NCBI GenBank assembly: GCA_958009085.1
Contig: OY253688.1
Location: forward strand, 310,001 to 374,000
Direction: 5' to 3'
From: Protoeuglena noctilucae
Taxonomy: Eukaryota
Length of the DNA: 64,000 nucleotides
Shown here: piece by piece, positions 49,906-62,961 of the stretch
How positions within the stretch are numbered: the stretch's first letter is position 1
Layout: each line of letters opens with the position of its first letter
Made by a program: the position numbers and the translations under genes
The notes under the pieces: generated by a model
The model's database searches: none
Seen by the model: only the letters and a program-made list of their open reading frames with translations
What the model was told of the DNA's origin: nothing

Positions 49906-50477
49906 CAACGGGAGTGAACACGAGCGCGCCTCTGCCGGCCGTGGAGCATCGCGCGCCGCTGAGCCCCGCTCACAAGTCCTGGCAAGCCCTGACGTCAGCC
50001 CTAACGGTGGAGCCCGAGGCTCTTCGACCCCCCCGGCCGACCTCCCTGGCGCAATTTGGGTCGCACGCGTCCGCTCGCAAGCCTCCGCTCCGCAACATCG
50101 CCCCACCATGGCAGGGCAGGGCGTCGCCCTCCGCCGAGCCCCCTGCTCGGGGCTGACCGAGCGCGCGAGTTCCTCGCCGCGGACTCTCGGTGAGGAGCGC
50201 CTGCACGCGCGCTCCGACGCCTCGCCGGCCCGCCGAGTCGCCCCGGGAGCCCCACCTAGGTCGCGGGCGTCGCGCCGGGCCCCTGCGCGTCGCGCCGAGC
50301 CGATCGATGGCCGCGTCGCTTCGTCTTCGTCCCCGCTCGATTCCGGGGGCTTCGGGCGGCGCGTCGTCGCCCGGATTTCCGGGTGGACCGTTAGGGCGCC
50401 CGCGGTCGGCTCGCCGGCGCTTCCCCGCGCTCGGCCTTGCGTCCCCGCCACCGCGCACGTCCCACCGCGACCGTTGG
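49906..50477. promoter_or_regulatory. MSA-like (AACGG) elements upstream of CDKB1
   Basis: CAACGG at 49906, CCTAACGGT at 50000-50008 (+), CCTAACGGTC at 50386-50395 (-) and CCAACGGTC at 50469-50477 (-). Confidence 0.5.
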
Positions 50478-51074
50478 CGGGCGCCGCGACCCCTTGCCTG
50501 CGCCCCCTCGACGCAGGAGCTCTCGCGAGGCCTTGCTGCAGCGTCCCGGCGTCTCGCGGGCGCGATGCGACGCGCAGCCAGTGCCCGGGACACTTCGTCG
50601 TCAAGCGCGTCGACGGGCAGAGGGGCCGGGGGGCGGTGGTGTGCCGGGCCGGAGGTGAGCGCAACGAACCCGTCTGCGGGCGCGAGGGGGTCCCTGGCCG
50701 TCTCGTCGGGTGTCACACCGCCGGTTCCTGACTCCGCACTGCCGTCTGGACCCGTCGCCGGCGCTCCCGGCCCCGCGAGACGCGGCCCGGGACGCTTTGA
50801 CGGGGCCGCCTCGCCTCGCCGGCGGGGGCATCGCGCGGGGCCCCTCGCAGGCGATTCGGCGTCCTACCCTGCGATGCTTTCCGCGGTCATTGCGTTCGCC
50901 GGGCCGGACGCGGCCACGAGCGCGGGGGGGGCCGTTGAGAGCTGGGGCCGCTCGGTTCCACGCGCTGCGCCCTCCCCGCGGGGCGCTCGCTGCTGTGCCC
51001 GCGCCGCCGATGTTGGCAAGTTCCGGTCGTCTTGTCGCGGGGGCGCGCGGAAGCACGCCTCGGCGGATTTCCCC

Positions 51075-52678
51075 ATGGCTCGCCTTCCGGAACGGCCCCT
51101 GGGCGTTCCAGAGCCTCTTCGAATGCGCTGTTGTCGCGGCGGCCTTTTTGCCGATTCAACGCGTCAGGGGGCGCTGTTTGCGCGCCGGGAATTGCTGGCG
51201 GGGGGGCCAGTAACCTTGCATGGCCTGTGTCCCCTGCGCGGCGCGCGTTCTCCCGCGCGGGACCGGAGTGGGTCCGGAGGGGCGCGCCGCGCGGGTGGTT
51301 CCTGCAGTCTCTCGCGCTGGATGTCGCTCTCGCGCGTGCAAGCGCGCGGCGGAGTGCGTCCTGACCGCCCCCTCGTTCCGCGCTCCCAGAGGGCTCCTCG
51401 GATGGGACCTACCCCTGGAACGCGGCGGACTACGTCCGGGTGAAGCTGCACCTCGTCCAGACTGCGGGAGACATGGGCCGGGCGGACGGCAACTTGGTGC
51501 TGACGCGCGTGGCGTCGCCCCTGGGTGCGTGCGCCGGGGCACCCGCGGCCGCACCGTCGTCCGCTGCCGCCCCGGCGATCGCAAGCCCCTCTCTCCCCGC
51601 GTCCGTGCAGATTCTGGCGAGGCGCAGGACGACCGCGGCCTGGTCCTGGGAGTGTCGGGCGACACGCTCATCTCGCTCGCCCTCCTGCTGGAGGACCGCA
51701 GGTCCGCGCGGCCCCTGGCCCTCGATCTCATGATGAAGCTCATCGAGCGCGGGCAGCTCGTCAGCAAGCGCGACTGGAAGGTCCTCCGCGTCGCCATCGT
51801 GGCGCTCAAGGACGCCGTCTACATTGGGCGGCTTTTCTTCGGGGACGCGCAGACGGGGCAGGTGGTGTTCGACTGCGACTGCCGCCCCTCGGACGCCTGC
51901 TGGCTGGCCATCCGCACGGGCGCGGCCATCCACGTGAACAAGAGCGTTTGGGAGTCGGCGGCCGTCAACATCGGGGACCTCAAGGGCCTGCGCCCGGGCT
52001 CCGTGCAGCAGCTCTCCGCCGCCTACCCCGACTCGGCGATGATGGCCGAGTCGCGACGCGCGCGCCAGGCAAGCGACGGGGGGGGGGGGGGGGGGGTTCG
52101 GGGCGCCATACCGGCATGGCACGCGCACCGCATGGATGTGCCGCGGATATGGCTCCACCTGTGCCTGCGCATGCACGACCGGCCCGCCTTTTTCCCTTCA
52201 CGCAGCAGCAGCAGGTGCAGAGTCCCTTCGAGATGCAGTTCAAGGAGATCAGCGAGTCGGACGCGGAGTACAACCCACTCACGTCCGTCAAGGCGAGCGA
52301 CCACGAGATCATCAAGCGCCTCAAGCGGGAGATGGCCGTGGCGCTCGCGGAGGAGGACTACGCCAACTGCAGGAGGATCAAGTGAGGCGCGGCCTGACAC
52401 GTATGCCTGTGTCGTTGCATGTCGCGCGAGAGCGCATCTGTGCGTACTGTGCGCCGCATGCGCATGTGCCCGGACCTGCCCCTCTCGGACTCGGCCGCAG
52501 GGAGCACCCGTTCATGAAGACGTACGTGACCATCCACCAGTGCAAGAAAGAGGGGCGCCTGGTGGAGGCGATGGAGCTGGAGGACGAGCTGCTGCTGCGG
52601 ATCGAGTCGTGCGACGCCATGCCCCCGACCGGGTCCATGGACTCCAGCACGTCCAACTCGGGGCCCAAGGTCACGTAA
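51075..52678 (+). CDS. Bifunctional nuclease (DUF151/BBD) with UVR motif; start uncertain
   Basis: 'RPLALDLM...VLRVAIVALKDAVYIGRLFF...DCRPSDACWLAIRTGAAIHVNKSVWE' and the UVR-like 'LKREMAVALAEEDYANC'. Confidence 0.8.
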
Positions 52679-53174
52679 CGGGCCCTCCCATGGATGCATC
52701 AGTCGATGTCCTGGGCCCCGAGTCGCCGGGGAGGCGGCTGCAGGGACCGGATGCGCGCACATGCGGGGTTGCGACCAGGGCGTCCCCGCCCAACCCACCC
52801 CGCACAGTTGCCGCTGCTCCGGCCTGCACCCGCCCACGGGCCTTGCCAAGCCCGCAACTCCGTCCCCGTTTCGCCAGCCTCTTGCTCGCACGCCACGGTA
52901 GTCGCAGCCGCCCCTTTCTCGTCATGGCATCCCCGGTGCGGCCCTTGTCGCCCATCCCGAACCACGCCCATTGCCCCCTTTCTCATCGCCAGGTCGTGGG
53001 TGAGGGTGATGCACTCCGCCGCTCCCAACACATGCACGTTCCTAGCCACTATCGAGCTTGAAATTCGCATCAGGAACATGTGATACATACAAGAGACAGG
53101 GATATAAAGTGGGAAAGCAAGAGGGGCACGCATCTAGGCCCACGCACAGGGGGAGAGGGTCAGCAAGGGCGGCG

Positions 53175-54037
53175 TCAGCAGAACACGAGGTTGTACACCG
53201 GCCTCCGATGCGTCCTCTGATAGAACGCGTCCATGATCGACTCTAGTTTGTCGAGCCACTCGTCACCGGCAGCTTCCAACGCCTGCGTGGGCGCGGAGAA
53301 TGGCTGGGAGATGGGTGCTGGACATGTCTGGGAGGGTGGGAGTCAACACCAAAAGGGTTGCGAACATGCAGGCTTGGCACCTGGCACAGCTGCAGGGCCT
53401 CCTGTCCGGCCTTCTTGGCCTCGGTCGGGCTGTCCTTGACGTCGATGTTGATGACCAGCAGCGGACGGTTGGTCGCCGGGGCCCGGGAGGCCATGTTGTC
53501 CAGCAGCACGTCCATCAGCCACTGCTCGAACGTCATGACCACGTCGAACGTGATGACGGGGAGGAGCTGCCAGCGCTGGGGTGCAGGTTTGATGCTCTTG
53601 TTCCTGCGACGGCGGCCGAGTGGGTGGGTGAGCGGAAGGCCCGTTGCAAGTGCAGAGGCGCTGTCCAGCGTGCCCACCTGCTGAGAATCTCCAGGATGCC
53701 GTTGTTGGTATACAGCTGATAGTCCTTCGCCATCAAGTCCCTCTCCATCGTCTCATACGGGGTCCCGAACTCGTAGACGTTGGGCTTGTCCGCCGCGGGG
53801 CCTGCAAGCGTGCGGAGGCCGTCGCGCGCCTCGCATGCTGCTGTTCGCAACGACGGGTCGGATGAAGCGGCTCATGCGCGCATCGCAGACGCGCACGCGC
53901 GTCGCACCGGGCAGCTTGACGTGCCTCCCCAGCCCGAACGAGCTCACGGTGAGGCCCGCCTGATGCAGCACATTGTGCGCCTCCATCGACCTGTTCATGT
54001 TCGACGCGCACACCATCGCGAAGCGCAGCCTTCCCAT
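53175..54037 (-). CDS. SSU72: RNA Pol II CTD phosphatase Ssu72
   Basis: '[16 protein letters not shown]', '[16 protein letters not shown]', 'LYTNNGIL', 'FDVVMTFE' and '[12 protein letters not shown]'. Confidence 0.95.
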
Positions 54038-54539
54038 CGCATCAGGGCCGCCCAGAGGCCCCGCCCAGGAGGCCCCGCCAGCGATCCACGCCGGAGGCGC
54101 CTGGAGGTCTTACTGCGTTCGCAGTCGTCTGGTTGGCGGGGACCGCTGCCGAGGCAGCGCTCAGGTGTGGGCACGCAGCGTGCTGAGTCGCGCCCGAGGC
54201 ACAAAAGCCGACGAACCCGCTTGTGCTGCGCTCCTGACGTTGTAATGGATGCGTGTTGGGCCATTCGCGACCTGGTTGCCCCGGAATCCTCTATGTCGTG
54301 CGGGCGACATCCGGACTGGCACGAGCGCGCCCGGCGCCAGAGCGGGGAGCCAAACTGCGCCGTGGGAAGCGCGGCGTCGCAGTTTTGGCCTCCCCTCGTG
54401 TAGCGAGTGGAGGCATGGGTGCATAGGGCACCCGCCGGCGTTGGAATCGCAGATCTCGAGGCCACGCTTCGTGCACTGCCGCACCGCCCCGTGTGCCGAC
54501 CCTGCCCTCTCCGGGGCTCCAGGCTGTACACGCCCGGGC

Positions 54540-57500
54540 ATGGCGGAGGACCAGGCACTGACGGGCAAAGAGGCCATGCGCCTCGCGGGCCAGAAGAAGG
54601 TGCTGCGCTTTGCAGAGACACGTTTTGAATGCCGCCGCGCCGGGGGCGCTCCAAGGCGTCTGGGTAGGCCCGCGATATCATCTCCTCGATCGCTCTTTCG
54701 TCTCCGTATGCCGCTGGATTCGCGCGCGCCGTCAGGGGCGATCGATTGGATTCGCGAGCAGACTGCGTCTGGGATCTGCGAGCGGTAGCGATGGAATTTA
54801 AGCCGTCACGCCCGCCTCACGCGTTCCATGCAGCTTGAGGAATTCCAGCGGAGGCGCGCAGAGGCGAGGCGAAGGAGCAGCGCGTCGCCGGCGCCTCCCC
54901 TCCAGCCAAGGCACGCAAACGCCAATGCCGGCTCGGACGCGGGGAGCAGGGCGCCGTCCATTGCTTCATCCACGCCAGAGAAGCCGCCAAGACCTTCTCC
55001 TCTCAAGGCACGGCCTCGCCCGCACGCCTCGCGAGGGGCCAGCCCCGGCACCGCTGCCCACGCTCCTCGCTGCACCGCGTTTGCGCTCCCCCCATCCCAT
55101 GTATCGCGCCGCCTTCCCGCAGTCGGGACGGCCGGCGTCTCAGTTTACATCGCCGGTGGTGATGAAGGACAACGCTTTGTTCGGGTCCATGGACAGCCCG
55201 GTGAGAGCCACTGCTGTGACTGCTCTGTTCCCTGACACCCGACACGTCATGTACATGGCTGCAACGCTATCCTCGTGTTTCGGTTGTCCCCAGGACCACG
55301 GCTCTTCGCACCTGGACGGCGCGGCGTTCGCACCTGCGCACCCACCGCCGGGCCTTCTGAAGGCCGACCCAAGGGTCACCTGGCACGCAGCCGGCGCATC
55401 GCACGTCGACGCATCGGGCCGTTACAGCGGTTCCGAGAGCCCCGCAGTTCCCACGCAGCAGGGCCCAGCGGCGCCCGCACCGGGGGCTCACGATGGGCAC
55501 GCCGCTTCCATGTGGTCGCCGAATGCGGCACGCGCAGCCCCTCCCTCAGCTGCCTTTGCCGGCCCGCGACCTGCGGCGCCCCTTACTGATTCGACCGGCC
55601 ACGACAGCTCCCTCTGGGCCACCGTGCCCAACGAGGGGGCGCAGGCATATCACGGTGCCGCCCCGTCAGCGGCGGCTCGCTCCCGGGGCCCTAGTATGGA
55701 CCGCAGCTCCCGTGGCGACGCCTCCAGCGCCCACCACGACGCTCAGATGACCCCGGGCATGGCGGCCTCAGCCGTGGGCCGAGGTTCTGACGCGGGAGAC
55801 AGCGCGCACCCGCGCGACCACTCCCAGGTGCGTGTCTCTGGCAACCTGCAACCTGGCCTGCATATTCGCGCTGTGCGCAGTTGATGCCCCCGTTCCCAGC
55901 TTTCCTGCCAGTGAGAGCTGTTGCAATGATGCTCTCCATGCACATGTCCGACGGCCCTTGTGCAACGTGTCTGACGTTTGAAACCGCAGTGCGTCCGCCC
56001 CTGCAGGTCCACCCAGACGCGCAGGGGGAGCTCTTGCAGGCCAAGGCGGCCCTGAAGAGTGCGGTGAAGAGAGGGAAGGGACTTGAGAAGGAGAACGAGT
56101 CGCTTCGGGAGCAGTGCCAGGACGCGATTGCTGCAATCGAGGGTCTCAAGGCGAGGCAATGGGAGCGGGCGGTGGGAGAGTAAGAACATGCAGTGAATTG
56201 GTTTTGGCGCGTCTGAATTGGAGTTTGAGACGTGGAGAGGCGGGCGAGGGATGCAGGAGTAATACATGCGGTCATGGGTGTCGATCGCTGTCTTCACGAC
56301 GTCGAATGCAGGGTCAGCTAGCTGAGGCAGAGGCGGCAAGGGGCCGTGCGGAGGGCGAGGCCTCAGCTGCGGAAGAGGCGCGGGCGAAAGCGGAGGCGGG
56401 CCGGGAGACACTGGCGGCGCAACTGGCGGCTGCGGAGCAAGGCCACGCGGCGCTGGTTGCCAGCCAGGTGCGTCTGAGATGCGGGACGATATGTGGCAGC
56501 CACTGCCACCTGTAGCCAGGAGCTCCTTGGGTGCTGGCGTCTCCAAGGAGGTTATCCCTGTGACACCACCCGTGCAACTCTGCAGGAGTCGTTGCGTGGG
56601 GAGGTGGAGGCTCTCCGGGCCCAGGTGCGAAGTCTCGAGGCGGAGAACGCTGAGCTGGCAGCAGGAGGTTCCAAGGCTGCCGAGGATGCGAGGCAGGCAG
56701 CGGCAGCTGAGGCGGAGGAGCTGCGAGCCGCGATGAGGGCGGCAGAGGCGGCGTGGGCAGACAAGGCTCACGGCTTGGAGGCGGACACGGCGCAGTGGCG
56801 AGGGCAGGCGGAGGAGAGGGCGTCGCAGCTGGCGGCTCTGGAGGCGGAGGTGGCGCGGTGGAGGGAGCAGGCCGAAGGGAAAGCTCCGCAGTGGGCGGCA
56901 CTCGAGGCCGACGCTGCGCAGTGGCGACAGCAGGCGGAAGAGAGGGCCTCGCAGCTGGCGGCTGCAGAGGCCGACGCTGCGCAGTGGCGGCAGCAGGTGG
57001 AAGCGCTGGGCCAGGCCGTGCAGGACGAGCGTGACAGGGCAGCGGCGCTTGAGCGTGACGTCTCTGAGAGCCGAGCGATGCTGGAGGAGGCGGATAAGGT
57101 CGGGGCGACGCTGGCCGAGCTGCAGGGGAAGCTAGGGGAGGTTCTTCAGGTTCTGGAGGACCGGGAGCGGCAGGTGGCGGAGCTAGAGCAGAGCAAGGGC
57201 CAGGCGGAGGGAGAGGCGAATGGGGCCAGGCAGCGGGTGCAGGTGAGGGCATGGATGGTTTGCTGAGCAGGTTAAGGGGGCTGAGAATGCGCGGGGGCGA
57301 TGACGGAGTTACTGGTGGTGCGGGGCCGACCGCAGCTGTGCTAGCCTGGCTCATCTCGATGCTTTCTGTGTAATTGCAGGAGTTGGAGCGGCTGCTGGCC
57401 GAGGCAGAGAGGCAGCGGGGGGCGGCGGCCGAGGCTGGCGGGGAGGTGGAGCGGCTGCGGGCAGAGGCCGCGCAGCTCCAAGAGGCCCTTGACAAGGTGC

Positions 57501-60500
57501 GTGTGGCTTTGTAATACTTGCACAGGGGTGCGTGTCGCTAAGCCACTTGCACGGTGGCACATGGGCCACGCTGGCAAGTGCTTATGATGGCGACTGTGCA
57601 TATATATGGACAGGCATGGGCATGTCAGGAGTCGCTTGCACGCCAGCAAACGTGGCAACGCAACGCCCTCTCCTGCAGAAATCGGAGGACATGGTCCGTC
57701 TTCAGAAGGCCGCCAAGAAGGCCAAGGCCCTGGCGGAGCGGGTGCATGCGCTGGAAGAGGAGAAGGCGAGAGTTGAGTCCCTGGGTGCGGACGCCGAGGC
57801 ACTGCGTGGGCAGGTAACCGCACTCGAGTCGCAACTGGCGGATGCTGCGGGGCTGCGTGAGGAGCTGAGGAGGGCCGAGGAGCGCGCGGCGGGGGCGGAG
57901 GCGGAGCGGGAGGAGTTGGCTGCGTCACTGGGCGCGATGGGCGCCAAGCTGGGAGAGGTGACGGAGCGAGTCGGGGAGCAGAGGGCGCGACTGGAAGCAG
58001 CAGAGGGGCGTCTGCGGGAGGCCGAGGAGGCCCGGGAAGCGCAGGAAGCGGAGCTGCGGGACGTGCAGGAGCGGTGCGAGGGGCTGGAGGAGCAGCTGGC
58101 GTCGCTCAAGCAGGAGCGCGATGCGTGGGCGGCCGAGCGGGCGCGGGCGGCGGAGCTGGAGGCTCAGGTGGCGGAGCTGCGGGGCGTGGCGGCGCAGCGG
58201 GACGAGGCGATGGCACGGGAGCTGGCGGAGGCACGGGCGGAGGCCCAGGCGCGGTTCGAGGCGGTGGCGGAGGAGGCGCGGGCGCATGGGGATCGTGCCG
58301 ACCTGGCGGAGAGGGCCCTCGCAGCCGCTGAGGTGAGGGGTGCGACGGTATGGGAGCGAGCGATGGCATGGTGGGTGGCGGTAGGAGCGCTTTTAAGTAC
58401 CTGCGGTCGTTGGGACGGTGGGGTTACGCTGAGGGTGTTGAGATTGGGCGGGTAGGCTGGTGTTAATAGTTGCCGTTGTTTCTGGTCTGCAGGCGGAGAA
58501 GGCGGCCCTAGAAAGCAAGCTGAAGCGCTTGCAAGAGGAGCGTGCACTCGCTACGGGGGCAGAGGCCGAGGCGGCGCAGAGGGAGCTGGAGTCGCTGCGT
58601 GGGGCGCACGCGCTCGTGACAGAGGAGTGCGTGCGCTTGCGGGAGGAAATGGAGGTCGCGCAGAGGGAGTCGCAGTCGCTGCGAGACTCGCACGCGCGTC
58701 TGGCCGAGGAGGGCGCGAGGCTGCGGGAGGAAGCGGCGGCAGCAGCGGCGGCGGTGCATGAGAGGGAGGAGCAGGTGCGGATGCTCCAACGGAGCGCGAA
58801 GAAGGTCAAGGCCGTGACTGACCGACTCCACGAGGTGGAGGCGGCGCTGGAGGCGCGGACGGGGGAGCTGGCAGCGGCGCGGGGGGCGGCGGAGGAGGGC
58901 CGGGTGGAGGCGGAGCGGCTGCGGGCGGAGGTGGAGGCGGCAACGGGGCGGCTGGGTGCTGCGGAGGCGGAGGTGGAGCAGCTGCGTGCGGAGCTGAGGG
59001 CAGCGCAGGACGCGGCGTCCGGGGCGGCGGGTGCCGCAGAGCGAGTGGCTGCGTTGGAGGCGGGGATCTCCGAGCGTGACGCGTTGCTGCTTCAGTGGCA
59101 GGCGGCCGTGGGGGAGCGGGACGCGGAGCTCGTGCGTCTGCGGCAGGTGGTGGAGGGCCTTGAGGCGGCGGTGGCGGCGGCCGAGGCGGCGGTGGGGACG
59201 GAGCGCGGAGAGCGGGAGGCGGATCGCGAGGCGGCGGCTGGGACGCTGGCGCAGATGCGCGCAGAGGTGGAGGCCGCGGTGGCTGCGGCCGAGGCAGCGG
59301 AGGGGCGCGCGGGGGCGTTGGAGGCGCAGCTGGTGGAGCTGGAGGGGCTGCGTGCTGAGAAAGACCGAGCGGCAGCGGAGGTGAGGGGGCGAGGGGTGAT
59401 TGTGTGGGAGGGGTGTGCGTGGTATGGGTGAGTGTGCATGGGCGAGCAGAGCGGTGATGGAGACTGGAGGGAAGGCATGGATGCTTGCAGCCAGTGATTG
59501 TCCGCTAGATTGCAAGCGTGCGGCTCTCTGCTGATCGACAGGTCGCGTCGTTGCGCGAGGAGGCGACAGCGGCTGTCGCGCTGCGCGAGTCCCTGCGCCA
59601 AGCAGAGGCTCAGCTGCAGCAGATGGCGGCAGAGGCGTCTCAGCGGGAAGGCGCGGGCGTGGCAGCTGTGCGGGTGGCGGAGGAGGAGCGGGATGCGTTG
59701 CGGGCGCAAGTGGACGAACTGCAGGGCTTGCAGAGGGCTCTCGACGAGCGGCTGGCGGCGGCCGAGGCGGAGATGGCGCAGCTTGCGGAGGTGAGAAGTC
59801 GCTGTTGTTCTATCGGAGTGAGTACGTCCACTGCAGTGCACCCTTGATGCATGGAACGATCGCCTTTGTCGGTTAGAGGATCTGTGCAACTCGTTTGTGT
59901 CTCTCGTGACGCACCATGCCACGCGTTGCACCACGCAGGTCCAGAGCCGGGCATCGGCGTTGGAGTCGGAGTTGGCGAGGGTCTCTGCTGAGCGTGATGC
60001 AGCACAGCGGGTCGCTGAGGAAGCACGGCAGGCAGCTGAGGAGGCACAGCGTGGTGCTGAGGAGGCGCAGCGGGCCCTACAACTCGCCCAGGAGTCGGCG
60101 GGGCAGTCGGCGGCAGCTCAGGGCGAGGTGGAGGCACTGCGAGCCTCAGAGGCTCAGGCGCGCGGGGAGCTCATCGAGGCCCTCGCGGTGGCCGAGGAGA
60201 TGGAGAGGGCCCTGGGTGATGCGCGGGGGCAGTTGGAGCGCGCCCAGGCGGAGGTGGCGGAGCTGCGGGGGCGCGTGGGGCAGATGGCAGAGGAGGCTGG
60301 TACAGCGCAGGCGGACGCAGAGGCAGCGGTGGAGGCGCTGCGGGGCCGCCTGGCGCGCGCGGAGGAAGAGGCGGAGCGGCTGCGCGCGGATGCAGACGAC
60401 GCGGAGACTGCCCGGGACGAGGCGACGTTCCTGCGCAGCGAGTTGGAGCGGTTGCGGGAGGGGCAGAAGGCGGAGGCCGAGCGGCTGGGGGCTGCGCTGC

Positions 60501-61430
60501 GGGAGGAGGCGGAGCGCCGGGAGCGCGAGGTGGCAGCGGCGGCGGAGGCGGCGGAGGCGGCGCGCAGGCGTCTGCGGGAGGTGGAGGCGGTGACGGCGGG
60601 GGCGGCGGCGGGCGACGCGCACCTGCGGAGCGAGGTGGACGAGCTGCGGGCGGCGGTGGCGAGCTTCCAGGCGCAGCTGCAGGAGCGCGTGCGGGAGTCG
60701 GAGTCGCTTTTGGAGGAGCAGCGGCGGCTCAAGGTGCAGCTGCAAGTGGCGACCGAGGCTGCCAAGAAGGGCGGGGAGGCCGCGGGGCACCTGGCGCAGG
60801 CCCAGGGTCAGCTCGCGGAGGCGCGGAAGCGCATTGAGGAGGTGCGGGGCCGGCGGAGGCGGTGTTGTCATGATGCATGTTGGCCAGCACCTGGGGCCCA
60901 TGGCATGACGTGGGCGGCTTAGCAGCTGTGCATGGTTGCCAGGGTTACAACAACAGTGAGAGTGAGAGAGAAAGAAGGCAACCTCCCTTCTGCGCCCGCA
61001 GTTGGAGGGCAACAAGCGGGCCAAGGAGGGCTCCAGCGGGGTGCAAGTGGCTGTGCTGGAAGAGGAGGTTGCGACGCTCACTGCACAGCTAGAGCAGGCG
61101 CGTGCACGTGCGGCTGCCTCAGACCGACCGGCAGCGCGGGGACCTGGGGCGGGCGCGGGTGCGGGTGCGGGCGGGTGGGGCAACAAGAAGGACGAGGACA
61201 ACAGTGGAGACGTGGAGGCGGCGATTATGACGGGGGGCGACGCCAGTGGGTTCCAACCCGTGTCCTCGGTGCTGAGGCGCGTCCCGGGCGTCGCGCACCC
61301 CAAGCTCGTGGAGATCACGGATGAGATGGATCGTGCTGTGATCCGGGTCATCCGCGTGCCGGCCTACCGCGCTGGGATCGTCAGCTACCTCGCCGCCCTC
61401 CACATCTTCCTCCTCGTGCGCCTGCTCTGA
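54540..61430 (+). CDS. Very long coiled-coil golgin-like protein with a C-terminal membrane anchor
   Basis: Many E/A/R-rich coiled-coil exons. The C-terminal 'RAGIVSYLAALHIFLL' fits the golgin-84/CASP-type Y...LH transmembrane motif. Confidence 0.7.
56776..56996 (+). repeat. Coding tandem repeat, 63 bp / 21 aa, ~3.5 copies
   Basis: LEADTAQWRGQAEERASQLAA / LEAEVARWREQAEGKAPQWAA / LEADAAQWRQQAEERASQLAA / AEADAAQWRQQ. Confidence 0.85.
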
Positions 61431-61598
61431 TGAGCCCAGGGTTTGCATGTTTCCCAGTGTGTGTTTATGTTTGCCTGCTCAGTATATCTCTTTTGATAGA
61501 CAGTCAATCCCCTCTCGATGCCTCTCCTGCATGTTGACAAGCAGTGCATCGGACTTCGTGTGTTGTGGTCTTGATTCCTTTCAAAGAAAACCAGCGGA

Positions 61599-62961
61599 TC
61601 ACGCCTGCACGACCCCCTGCGCCTTGAGCATGCGCGTGTGGGTGGGGAACGGGTCCGGCCGCCCTGCCGCCATCTCGCGTTGCGAGATCTGCCAGAACCA
61701 CCCGTTCCGCCAGGGGAACTCCTTGACGGCAGTGGGGAAGTGAGCCACGGACTGACTGTAGGCGCACAGCCGCTCCACCGTCCCCGGGGCGAGCTTGGCT
61801 CCCAGCTCTGCCGCCCCACCCATCGCCAGCTGCGGGCAGGCGAGGCGGTGGTCAGGCTTGCAGGTAAGGTGCACTGAGATCATCGTATGGATGTATCTTA
61901 CATCTTTGGCGTGCTGTACACGTGCCAGAGCATCGATCTAGCCGTGAGCAGCCAGGATTGAGGCAAGGCTGGTGGTGACAGTTCGATGCTGCAAGGTCAT
62001 CTAGACCACCCTAGCCAAACGCAAGTTGCGCCACTTTTCGCCGTCACTCCGCATCCGCATCCACCTCACCTCCAAAAGCATATCAGCAACCTGCGCTCGG
62101 TGCTTGCTATCCACCTCCCCCACCGTGCACTTGTGCTCCGCGCCCACGAGCATGACGCCTGAGATCCACACGAGCTTCTCCAGCATGGCCGCCTTGTAGT
62201 CCTCTGTGGGAGACAAACGAAGAGGGCAGTCAGCAGCTAGCAATGGAGCACTCACATGCAGCGCCTGCAGTGCCACGTGAGGCACTTCCAATACGCATCG
62301 CAGCGTAAGAAAGGACTGCTGGGCAAGAGACCAAGTCTAGAAAGTACACACACGTGGGAAACGTCTTATGCAACGGCAGGGCGCACGGCTCACCGGCGCC
62401 AAGCACCCTGCAGGAGAGGCCGCCCGACCGCAGCCGCTCTGCGAAGGACTCGGCGTGGGGGCCCGTCACGGCCGTCAGCCCCTCCGGGTTCATCGCCGTC
62501 TTCCCGTCCGTGGGCGCGTCGCCCATCTTGGCCACCGCGAAGTAGATGAGCGCCTGGGTGTTGGAGCCGAGCCCCTTGGCGTCCAGCCAGGGCTGCAGCA
62601 TGCCGTTCTGGATGAAGAGCAGGTCCTTGCGCCGGGACTCGGGCGTGCGGTTGACGACGTCGTCGAGCGTGTCGTTGCGCGTGCATACGACGATCGGACC
62701 CGCGGGGCTCGTCGGGATGGGATCGCTCCGGCCCACCATCACGTCGGTCCCGGGGCCCATCTTCATGAGCGCTGAGCCCACCCGCCCCTTCCCGACGATC
62801 ACGAATGGCTGTTTTGCGGCCATCGCGACCACTCTGCGAGCCGATAGACAAGCCCGGGGCGTCATACGCGCGGGTATCTGAGCCCCATGGTTTCGTCGCC
62901 CTCCGTCGTCGATGGGGCTCCCAGGGACCGATGCCGGCAGCCAGCGGACAGGCATGGTCAT
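61599..62961 (-). CDS. At1g16080-like Rossmann-fold (ketopantoate-reductase-like) protein; start uncertain
   Basis: 'FVIVGKGRVGSAL', 'GPIVVCTRNDTL', 'DLLFIQNGML', 'MLEKLVWI' and 'YSQSVAHFPTAVKEFPWRNGWF'. Confidence 0.8.

Noticed and set aside
56151..56311. Additional GC donor in the golgin gene (and a similar one near 35637 in the kinase gene)
   Set aside because: Same-phase GT alternatives exist nearby, so these were not counted.
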